A stretch of DNA of 64,000 nt, taken from NCBI GenBank assembly GCA_037127955.1, contig JBAXXI010000003.1, positions 7,771-71,770 of the forward strand, written 5' to 3'. Origin of the DNA: Candidatus Berkelbacteria bacterium. Lineage in GTDB: Bacteria; Patescibacteriota; UBA1384; UBA12157. The notes below the pieces were generated by a model, which worked only from the letters and a program-made list of their open reading frames with translations, had not been told where the DNA came from and made no database searches. Positions within the stretch are counted from its first letter, which is position 1, and each line of letters opens with the position of its first letter. Position numbers and translations under genes: made by a program. This document shows, piece by piece, positions 53,677 through 61,248 of this stretch.

Positions 53677-54084
53677 TTAAGCAGACCATCTGTCGGTAGA
53701 TTGAGGTTCATCAAAAGTAAAGCCGCTGGTAGTTCTTGCAAATACTGGTTGAACATCTTCTTTGTTGATAATATCCGAAAATCTGAATAATAAATCAATT
53801 AACTTACCAGTTGGAACATCGTTTAGTTTGCGGGTTGATAATTCACCCCTAATTAGCTCTAATTGCTCGCTATAGAGCTTTATGCGGTGTTCTCGACTTA
53901 TTTTATACTGTTCTCTTATTGATTCAAGCTCAATCTGTTTAAGGTTTGTTATCTCTTCCGCTAAATCTTTCGACCAATCAATTAGGGTGGTTTTACTGAC
54001 TTCTAATTCATCTGAAATTTTAGCAAAACTTTTACCTTTTGCCCTAAGTTCTACAAATTGTTGTTTCTTAGTTAAATCTTGCAT
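53677..54084 (-). CDS. Helix-turn-helix DNA-binding protein with coiled-coil tail
   Basis: ELRAKGKSFAKISDELEVSKTTLIDW; GGAG SD. Confidence 0.8.
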   Translation of the reverse strand: MQDLTKKQQFVELRAKGKSFAKISDELEVSKTTLIDWSKDLAEEITNLKQIELESIREQYKISREHRIKLYSEQLELIRGELSTRKLNDVPTGKLIDLLFRFSDIINKEDVQPVFARTTSGFTFDEPQSTDRWSA

Positions 54085-54251
54085 TTGTTTGCTCCATAAT
54101 TACAATCTAATCATACCATAAAAACCGCTCTTCTAACAGTCGCAAAAGTAGTTTTTATTAGGTTCTAAATACCAGTATTTTTGAGACCAATTGAAATTAA
54201 AGTTCAGTTATGAGAAAATGGTTTCAGTTATAGTACATTATTACCCACCTA

Positions 54252-54399
54252 ACCCTTAGGCAACCCCTAAGGTATGGTACCAATAAAAATCACACGCAAA
54301 TAAAGGTGGTCTTCTGACCTCACCATTTGCGTGTGTCCGTATTCGAAAGAGTATGGGGTATCCCCGAAAGGGGGTGCCGAGGTTCGGGAGACCTTTTTT
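54252..54399 (+). ncRNA. Putative structured RNA (tandem GNRA hairpins ending in a U-tract)
   Basis: Hairpins CCTTAGG/CCTAAGG; CACACGCAAAT/ATTTGCGTGTG; CCGTATTC-GAAA-GAGTATGG; GGTATCCCC-GAAA-GGGGGTGCC; AGGTTC-GGGA-GACCT plus T run; several G-U pairs. Confidence 0.55.
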
Positions 54400-54456
54400 G
54401 TATTTAATAAATAACGAATTGAAACATTTTTTAATAAATTAAGGAAAGGAGCAAAA

Positions 54457-55200
54457 ATGCCCTTTATCTATCTCTTGGTTCTGGGAACATCTATCTGGGT
54501 TTTAGTTGATGGCTACAGGTACGAAATGAATAAAAACGAAAGTCCAATACTTTGGTTTATTGGTTGTCTATTACTTTGGATTATCGCTTTCCCTTGGTAC
54601 TTAGCTAAGAGAAATCATTATAAACTAAAAGATAATTCCGAAAAGGGCAAAGATTCAAAAGGTAGTTCCAAAATAGAATTAGGAAATCCGATAAAAACTC
54701 CTAATTTTCTTGCGATTGGCTGTGGTGGTCTAATACTGCTTATTATAATTGTTTCGATGATTAACAGTGGATTACAGGGAGCTAACAAAAAAGCTCAAGA
54801 TTTGAGTAAACAAAACTCTAACAACTCAACCAATACAAATCCGACACCCTCTAATAATAGCTCGTCTGCGCCACAAGTAAGTAATATCGCTGTTAATGGA
54901 GATGAAGCATATCTAAAGCTCCCAAATATAGATGATACTGGTTCTGCCATTCTATTAGCAACTGATAAAAAATATCTTGACGAGGTAACCAAAACTTTGA
55001 TAAACAAAGATTATATGGGAATACTTGAGTTAGCAGAACAAAACAAAGCATTTGCTGTACATAATGGTAGCAAAGTTCTCGTTATTGATGGCACTATGTT
55101 TGCTCGAAGAGTAAGAATTTTGCAAGGGACACAACCAGTTGATAGTGATAAGGTGGGCTTATCTGGCTGGGTTCCAATGGAGTGGGTAGTAAAAAAATAA
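54457..55200 (+). CDS. Hypothetical membrane protein with soluble C-terminal (SH3-like?) domain
   Basis: Three hydrophobic segments, Asn/Ser linker, C-terminal RVRIL...GWVPMEWV; AAGGAG SD. Confidence 0.75.
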   Translation: MPFIYLLVLGTSIWVLVDGYRYEMNKNESPILWFIGCLLLWIIAFPWYLAKRNHYKLKDNSEKGKDSKGSSKIELGNPIKTPNFLAIGCGGLILLIIIVSMINSGLQGANKKAQDLSKQNSNNSTNTNPTPSNNSSSAPQVSNIAVNGDEAYLKLPNIDDTGSAILLATDKKYLDEVTKTLINKDYMGILELAEQNKAFAVHNGSKVLVIDGTMFARRVRILQGTQPVDSDKVGLSGWVPMEWVVKK

Positions 55201-55217
55201 TTACCAAAAACAATAAA

Positions 55218-55250
55218 ACAAAAGAGACGCTACAAAATGCGTCTTTTTTG
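55218..55250. terminator. Bidirectional terminator inside the island
   Basis: AAAGAGACGC-TACAAAAT-GCGTCTTTTTT. Confidence 0.7.
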
Positions 55251-55305
55251 TTTCTAAAAGATTACATATCACAATACATCTACCTATAGTTCAAACCAAA
55301 ACTTG

Positions 55306-55464
55306 TTATGATTTAATGTCTTTGGTAACTTGGGGTTTTTCACCTAATTGTATGGTTTCACCATCATCAGAAATACCGACAAAACCACGAGCTGGAGAGT
55401 CATCTTTAGGTTCTTGTCTTGCTTGCTCTAATGAATTAGAAATGTCATTATTATTATCACTCAT
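55306..55464 (-). CDS. Small hypothetical protein (52 aa)
   Basis: MSDNNNDISNSLEQARQEPK...; ATG 4 nt after the stop of the displaced integrase tail. Confidence 0.5.
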   Translation of the reverse strand: MSDNNNDISNSLEQARQEPKDDSPARGFVGISDDGETIQLGEKPQVTKDIKS

Positions 55465-55468
55465 AGAT

Positions 55469-55611
55469 TTAATATACCACGGAAAAGTCGGATTTAACAA
55501 GGTCTTTCTCGGTTAAAAGTGTTGTCAGTTCTCTAATAAAGGTTGAAATTATCTCCCAATTTGATAAGATGTATCTGGTAAGTTCAAATACACTATGTAC
55601 TTGAGCACCAT
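55469..55611 (-). other. Displaced 3' end of the integrase gene (attP/attR side)
   Basis: Open frame from the core ATGGTGC: GAQVHSVFELTRYILSNWEIISTFIRELTTLLTEKDLVKSDFSVVY*, in frame with the integrase across the crossover. Confidence 0.65.
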
Positions 55612-55627
55612 TTTTTAAATTTTCTAT

Positions 55628-55641
55628 GGAAGGGTCGCATA
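55628..55641 (+). repeat. 14-bp duplicate of the tRNA-Ser(TGA) 5' end
   Basis: GGAAGGGTCGCATA, identical to 55694-55707. Confidence 0.85.
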
Positions 55642-55693
55642 AGAACATTTTCTTCGGAAAATAACCTTGTCCAACCCATTCCTCACTTTGTTC

Positions 55694-55783
55694 GGAAGGG
55701 TCGCATAGTGGTCTAGTGCAGTGGTCTTGAAAACCGCCAGGCCTGCAAGGGTCTCGTGGGTCCGAATCCCACCCCTTCCGCCA
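55694..55783 (+). tRNA. tRNA-Ser (anticodon TGA)
   Basis: GGAAGGG/CCCTTCC acceptor, GTGGT-CTTGAAA-ACCGC, long variable arm, G discriminator, CCA; T-loop reads TCCGAAT. Confidence 0.9.
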
Positions 55784-55807
55784 TCTTTTTTAATAATATG
55801 AATCGAT

Positions 55808-56056
55808 ATGAATAATTGGTCAGTTTATATTTTGCAATGCTCAGATAACACCTATTATACTGGTATTACGACCGATATTGAAAAGCGATTAATCGCCCAT
55901 CAAACCGGCAAAGGCGCTAAATATACTGCTGGTCGATTACCTGTTAAAATCGTGTATTTCAAAGATAATCTAACCGAAAGTCAGGCTCGCAAAGAAGAAT
56001 TTAGAATCAAAAGTTTATCAAGATCTGATAAGATAAAACTGATATTTGATAAATAA
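55808..56056 (+). CDS. GIY-YIG nuclease family protein (UPF0213)
   Basis: VYILQCSDNTYYTGITTDIEKRLIAHQTGKGAKYT...ARKEE. Confidence 0.92.
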   Translation: MNNWSVYILQCSDNTYYTGITTDIEKRLIAHQTGKGAKYTAGRLPVKIVYFKDNLTESQARKEEFRIKSLSRSDKIKLIFDK

Positions 56057-56109
56057 AAATGGTTTCCAAACCATTGATAGACAACTTAACAATTTGATAT
56101 AATTAATAT

Positions 56110-56724
56110 ATGAAATTCTATTCGAATGATATAGTCAATTTGGCTAGAGAAAAAAGAATTAAAGGTAATTCTATTAGAAAAATTTCCAAAGAATTACAAA
56201 TTTCAGATACTACTATTGGCAGATGGGTAAAAGATATAAAATCAGATTCTTTATCTTATAACAAAAATAGATTAAAAAATGAAGATGAGAAGCAGAAATA
56301 TAATCATCTTTTTAAAAACTTAAAAATTACAGCAAAAAATGCAAAATTATTTTGTAGTTTACTATATTGGTGCGAAGGATCGAAATACCCTTCTAGTAAC
56401 TGTGTCACTTTTGTAAATAGCGATTTCAAGTTAGTGAAAACATTCTTTCAATTATTGAAACAAGTCTTCGAAATAGATAACAATAAAGTTAGAATACACC
56501 TGCAAATACATGCAACTCACAACTTTGAAGAAGTAAGAAAATTCTGGAGTAAGTTACTTGCTATACCAGAAGAACAGTTTTACAAACCGACTATCACCAA
56601 TCCTGCCCAAAAAATGAAAAGATTAAATTACAAGGGCACTTGTACACTAAAATACTTTGACTCAAAAATATTATTACAGATTACTGGCATATTCGAAGAA
56701 TTTTCCAATAAAAATTTATCATAA
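56110..56724 (+). CDS. HTH plus LAGLIDADG-like homing endonuclease-related protein
   Basis: N-terminal HTH GNSIRKISKELQISDTTIGRW; LYWCEGSK, FVNSD, FWSKLL, YKGTC motifs. Confidence 0.7.
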   Translation: MKFYSNDIVNLAREKRIKGNSIRKISKELQISDTTIGRWVKDIKSDSLSYNKNRLKNEDEKQKYNHLFKNLKITAKNAKLFCSLLYWCEGSKYPSSNCVTFVNSDFKLVKTFFQLLKQVFEIDNNKVRIHLQIHATHNFEEVRKFWSKLLAIPEEQFYKPTITNPAQKMKRLNYKGTCTLKYFDSKILLQITGIFEEFSNKNLS

Positions 56725-56738
56725 CTAAAAACGCATTC

Positions 56739-56827
56739 GGAGAGATCGCATAGTTGGTCTAGTGCGCCTCACTGCTAACGAGGTATACCGCAAGGTATCC
56801 AGGGTTCGAATCCCTGTCTCTCCGCCA
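56739..56827 (+). tRNA. tRNA-Ser (anticodon GCT)
   Basis: GGAGAGA/TCTCTCC acceptor, loop CTGCTAA, variable arm ATACC-GCAA-GGTAT, GGTTCGAATCC, CCA. Confidence 0.92.
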
Positions 56828-56829
56828 AT

Positions 56830-56853
56830 TAAAAAACGCCTTAGGCGTTTTTT
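56830..56853 (+). terminator. Terminator after tRNA-Ser
   Basis: AAAAAACGCC-TTA-GGCGTTTTTT. Confidence 0.8.
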
Positions 56854-57140
56854 GTTTAATTCAAGATTAACAAGAAGCTCCCTCTCTTGACAATCAGACA
56901 AAACTGGACTAATATCAAGTGTAATTTGAAACTTAAAAATCTAGCTCGATTTGAGAGGCCTATCTTGACCATAATTTACAACTTTTATGGTTAAAACAGG
57001 ACTCTTAAAGAGAGTACCAAGACGGTATTGTTAGCTACCGCACAAAAAAACTAACCGGATCGATACGGTTTTGGAACGGCTTGCTTGAAACAGAGTAAGA
57101 AGTTGCCAAAAAAGTCACTTGGTTCGTCAGGAGAAATCCA

Positions 57141-57953
57141 ATGTTAAAACTTCCATTTTGGAAACAGCTGTGGCTCTGGATGTTGACTCCAGTCATACCA
57201 ACAATACTGTTGGTTTACCTTCGACCACTTCCAATCGAGAAATGTCTGTTTATCGGACTCTTATTTTTTATTGGAGTCTTGTATATCTGGTTCAATGTAA
57301 CTTGTGTAGATCGATACAACATCGAAATTGCCAAGAATCGAAAAAAAGAACTCGAGGAAAACCTTGAGGTCTTTGAATCATTAACTGGTCAAAAAATCAA
57401 CATTCCAGTCCTAAAAATTAATTATATTGAACTATATAATTGGAAACAATCATATCATGAATTCCTTGAAAATATCGCATCGCATACCACCGGTCTCTTC
57501 TCGCTTATAAAGCATATCAAAGAACATGACGTAAAAAATTGGATTTTAGAGATACAGTTTGAAACTAATAATTTTAAGGATATCCATAGCGATGGACGCT
57601 TAACAATAACGAATTATTATATTTGTTATGCTGACGGTCAAATAAAAAATTGGAGACTTGAAAACAATCAATATTTGGTTGATATGGATGGAAAGAAAAT
57701 TCTACTTGAGATGAACGAAAATTACAAATTATATATTACTAAAATTCTCTATATCATTAGACATTATCGCAGTGTTAAAGAGGTGGCACTCGATTATGCT
57801 TCAAAATACGTTGTTCCTATCATTGAAAAATCAAAGCATGCCTGCGCTTCAGATGACTTGAAAAGCGCAAGAATACTAATGACCGATCCAATCAAAATTA
57901 TTGTCAATACAGACCCAGCCTATCCGAAGTTATTTAACATTATTAAATATTAA
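57141..57953 (+). CDS. Hypothetical membrane protein
   Basis: Two N-terminal TM helices; AGGAG SD; terminator follows at ~57970-57997. Confidence 0.7.
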   Translation: MLKLPFWKQLWLWMLTPVIPTILLVYLRPLPIEKCLFIGLLFFIGVLYIWFNVTCVDRYNIEIAKNRKKELEENLEVFESLTGQKINIPVLKINYIELYNWKQSYHEFLENIASHTTGLFSLIKHIKEHDVKNWILEIQFETNNFKDIHSDGRLTITNYYICYADGQIKNWRLENNQYLVDMDGKKILLEMNENYKLYITKILYIIRHYRSVKEVALDYASKYVVPIIEKSKHACASDDLKSARILMTDPIKIIVNTDPAYPKLFNIIKY

Positions 57954-58031
57954 ATAAACTTCAACCTCCAGCCGGACTTTTCAAGTCCGGCTTTTTTATT
58001 ATAAAAAGTCTGTCAAACAGGTCTCTACACC

Positions 58032-58060
58032 TTGACTTTTGCTTAAATTTACAGTATAAT
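58032..58060 (+). promoter_or_regulatory. Sigma70 promoter of the GT2 operon
   Basis: TTGACT-N17-TATAAT. Confidence 0.7.
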
Positions 58061-58118
58061 GTTATAATTATCACAAATAAGATATTGATATTTTAAACCA
58101 GAAAGAAACTGTAAATAT

Positions 58119-58808
58119 ATGAAATTAGCTATTTTAATTCCGGCTTACAATGAAGAAACCACTCTTGGTCATGTTATCGAAACTTTGCCAAAAACTATTC
58201 CGGGTATTTCAGATATAAAAGTTATTGTTGTTAATGATGGTTCAGCCGATAAAACTAAAGAAATTGCCCAAGCTTCCGGTGCAACTGTCATATCTCACTG
58301 GTTTAACCGCGGTCTAGGCGGTGCTTTAGGTACCGGTTTTGAGTATATTCGTCGACATGATTTTGATCTCCTGATTACCTTCGACGCCGACGGTCAACAC
58401 AATCCAAACGATATCGCTCCTGTTATCAAGCCAATTATTGACGGCAAAGCCGATGTTTCAATTGGTTCTCGTTTTATTGGCAACCTTGGCTCTATGCCTT
58501 GGTATCGCCGGATTGGTATTTTTGGTTTAAATGTAATCACTTATATGTTATTTTGGACTTGGACAACTGATTCACAATCAGGTATGCGCGCCTTTGGCCG
58601 TAAAGCTATTGAAAAAATCGAAATTCAAACCAATAAAATGGAAGTCTCTTCAGAGTTTTTTTATGAAATTCAAGCTAAGAACCTAAAATTAACTGAAGTA
58701 CCAATTCAGTCAATTTACACTGACTACTCGATTGCCAAAGGTCAAAAAAACATCAATGCTTTCAATATTTTGGCTAAATTAATTTACAGAAGGTTTTTTT
58801 CTAAATAA
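58119..58808 (+). CDS. Glycosyltransferase family 2 (polyprenol-phosphate glycosyltransferase-like)
   Basis: LIPAYNEE, VNDGSAD, NRGLG, FDADGQH, DSQSGMRAF. Confidence 0.93.
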   Translation: MKLAILIPAYNEETTLGHVIETLPKTIPGISDIKVIVVNDGSADKTKEIAQASGATVISHWFNRGLGGALGTGFEYIRRHDFDLLITFDADGQHNPNDIAPVIKPIIDGKADVSIGSRFIGNLGSMPWYRRIGIFGLNVITYMLFWTWTTDSQSGMRAFGRKAIEKIEIQTNKMEVSSEFFYEIQAKNLKLTEVPIQSIYTDYSIAKGQKNINAFNILAKLIYRRFFSK

Positions 58809-58829
58809 TTATTAGAATTGCGAGGATTC

Positions 58830-59219
58830 ATGGACTTATTCGACCGTTTTCTAACCTTAGTCACCCCAATTCGGGTCATTTTAAGCTTGTTCGCAGTTTT
58901 TGCCTGGACCAGAGTCGTTTTAAGGTTCAAGGATAAAGTTGCAAACGCCAAAGAATTAGGTTTTTGGAGCCTAGTTTGGCTTGGTTTTATTATTATCATC
59001 TTTATACCTTATAAAACCACTTTTGTCGCTCATCTTTTAGGTATGGAGCGCGGTTTTGACGCTATGGCTTTAATCGCTATTGTTGCCCTATTTTACGCCG
59101 TTTACAGACTCTATATTAAAATGAACGAAGCAGAACGAGAAATTACTAAACTTGTACGCCAGGTTGCTTTAAAATTAGATGTGATTAACGGCGAAAAAGA
59201 CAAAACTGATCTTAAATAA
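58830..59219 (+). CDS. DUF2304 family membrane protein
   Basis: W..VW...P...AHLLGMERG.D...EITKLVRQVAL; usual partner downstream of GT2. Confidence 0.82.
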   Translation: MDLFDRFLTLVTPIRVILSLFAVFAWTRVVLRFKDKVANAKELGFWSLVWLGFIIIIFIPYKTTFVAHLLGMERGFDAMALIAIVALFYAVYRLYIKMNEAEREITKLVRQVALKLDVINGEKDKTDLK

Positions 59220-59220
59220 A

Positions 59221-60432
59221 ATGAAAATTTTACTTATTACTCAATGGTACGAACCAGTTAAAGGCGCGGCAGCCAAAAGAACCGGCAAAATGGCCCGGTT
59301 TTTAACTGATGCCGGCCACAAAGTCACGGTTTTAACCAGTTTCCCCTCTTATCCGACCGGGATCGTACCAGCTGAATTTAAAGGTAAACTCTGGGATAAA
59401 CAAAAAAAAGATGGTATCGAGATAATCCGTATCTGGGAATTACCGGCTTCGACTCAAGATAGTACTATCAAGCGGCTCTTGAATATGTTAACTTTTGCCA
59501 AATCCGCCTTCTGGGGCGCACTTTTGTTAAAACCATATGACGCAGTCTTGGTTAGTTCTCCCTCGTTTTTAAGTGGGATTGCCGGTTTGGTCAACACCAG
59601 GACCAAAAAAAGTAAATTTTACTTTGACATCCGCGATTTATGGCCAGATTCAGCTATTGAACTCGGGGTTTTGCCAAAAACTGGCTTTGCCACCGAACAA
59701 ATGAAAAAACTGGAAAAAAAATTTTATAATCGCGCCACCAAAATTTTTACCGCAACTCCAGGGATTAAAGATCATTTATTAACCGAGAAAATTCCTTCTG
59801 ACAAGATTGAAGTTCTTTTAAATAGCGTTGATACCGATAAATTTAAACCGGTTGAAGCTAATTTTGACAAATACGGATTTAATCGTGGCGACTTTATCTG
59901 TGGTTATATCGGTAACCATAGCCGAGTTTATGACCTTGAAACAGTCATCAAGACCGCCGAAATTACTAAAAAGAATGAAAAAATTAAATATTTACTGGTT
60001 GGTGAAGGTGAAACCAAACAAAAACTAAAAGATTTAACTCAAAAATTAGACCTGAAAAACGTCTTTTTTATGGATCAAATGAGTTTAGACGAATTAGCTC
60101 CAATTACTGGTTTATTTAGTTTAGGTTTAGCCCCGATTTCCAATATCGGTGTTTCTCAAGAATCATTTCCATCTAAGACTTGTGAATATTTTGCCAGCGG
60201 TAAGCCCGTAGCTGCCTCTCTCGGCGGCGATATGGCCAAAATTATAACAGAATACGAGGTTGGTTTTCTTTACAAACCAGGCGATGCTAATGCCTTAGCC
60301 GAAATCATCTTAAATTTAAGCAAAAATCCCGAAAAAGCCCAAAAAATGGGTCAAAATGCCAGAAAACTCGCTTTAGACATGTTTTCAGATAAAATCTTTG
60401 CTGAAAAACTGATCTCTAGCCTTAAGGACTAA
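59221..60432 (+). CDS. Glycosyltransferase family 4 (WbuB-like)
   Basis: LTSFPSYPTG, SSPS, DIRDLWPDS, PSKTCEYFASGKPV. Confidence 0.9.
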   Translation: MKILLITQWYEPVKGAAAKRTGKMARFLTDAGHKVTVLTSFPSYPTGIVPAEFKGKLWDKQKKDGIEIIRIWELPASTQDSTIKRLLNMLTFAKSAFWGALLLKPYDAVLVSSPSFLSGIAGLVNTRTKKSKFYFDIRDLWPDSAIELGVLPKTGFATEQMKKLEKKFYNRATKIFTATPGIKDHLLTEKIPSDKIEVLLNSVDTDKFKPVEANFDKYGFNRGDFICGYIGNHSRVYDLETVIKTAEITKKNEKIKYLLVGEGETKQKLKDLTQKLDLKNVFFMDQMSLDELAPITGLFSLGLAPISNIGVSQESFPSKTCEYFASGKPVAASLGGDMAKIITEYEVGFLYKPGDANALAEIILNLSKNPEKAQKMGQNARKLALDMFSDKIFAEKLISSLKD

Positions 60433-60435
60433 AAT

Positions 60436-61233
60436 TTAATCTAAATTTGGCTTTGGATACATCGATACAACCTGATCAACAGTTTTAACTTGAATCTGAC
60501 CCTGATCTCTTTTCTGAGCAATATAAGACATAATCTCTTGCATATTTTTTTCTTTAATTTCAAACCTGGTCGTAGGATCCTCATTCACAGAATGAAAATA
60601 GATAATCAACCAACCTTTTTGATTAATTGCTTGATTAATTCTTTCCTTGACCACACTGATAGTACTCGATTGGCCGACCTCATAAGAAGAAAGGCCGTAA
60701 TTATTTAATTTATCCAGATGATTAATACCAGGATTGCCTCGAATCTGGTTCTTTCGGTTAGATTGATAATACTCTTCAATCAAGGCCAAAATATTACTGG
60801 TATATTGGCCATAAGGTGCGGCAAAAGATGTAACATTGTAACCATGTTGAGCAAAAATATCCTTCGCTCCAACTAATTCAGCGATCGCTTGATTGCGCGT
60901 TAGAGTATTAAGATGCGGGTGATTAACCGTATGACTAGCAATCTCCCACCCATTTTTATTCAGGTCATTTACATCATCCCAGGTCACAAATTCGTTTTTA
61001 CCAATAGACCCAGCGGTCAAATAAAAAGTGGCTGGAATATTGTATTTCTTCATAATCGGGTAAGCGCTATTATAAACAGTTTTAGAGCCATCATCAAAAG
61101 TAATTGTCACTATACCGGTCCATTTACTCGGATCGTTTCTAGGCACTTGATTTTTAACCATATAAAAACCAGCCGAACCTGAAAAAATGACAATTATAAT
61201 TAGTAAAATCGTATTTTTATTTAAAAATGACAT
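60436..61233 (-). CDS. Polysaccharide deacetylase (CE4/NodB)
   Basis: TITFDDG, WEIASHTVNH, FAAPYG, IYFH. Confidence 0.92.
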   Translation of the reverse strand: MSFLNKNTILLIIIVIFSGSAGFYMVKNQVPRNDPSKWTGIVTITFDDGSKTVYNSAYPIMKKYNIPATFYLTAGSIGKNEFVTWDDVNDLNKNGWEIASHTVNHPHLNTLTRNQAIAELVGAKDIFAQHGYNVTSFAAPYGQYTSNILALIEEYYQSNRKNQIRGNPGINHLDKLNNYGLSSYEVGQSSTISVVKERINQAINQKGWLIIYFHSVNEDPTTRFEIKEKNMQEIMSYIAQKRDQGQIQVKTVDQVVSMYPKPNLD

Positions 61234-61248
61234 ATAGTTTTATTTAAA

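Larger units (their letters stand above)
51071..55611. mobile_element. tRNA-integrated serine-recombinase island (~4.5 kb)
   Basis: GCACCAT direct repeat at 51071-51077 and 55605-55611; integrase at the left end; removing the element places tRNA-Arg just upstream of a tRNA-Ser 5' sequence. Confidence 0.8.

Noticed and set aside
54345-54395. Lysine or c-di-AMP riboswitch (GAGTA...GAAAGG...GCCGA)
   Set aside because: The spacing is far too short and the other conserved elements are absent; kept as an unassigned structured RNA.
55628-55783. Intron-containing tRNA-Ser
   Set aside because: The downstream copy is already complete with its own 5' end, so no splicing is needed.
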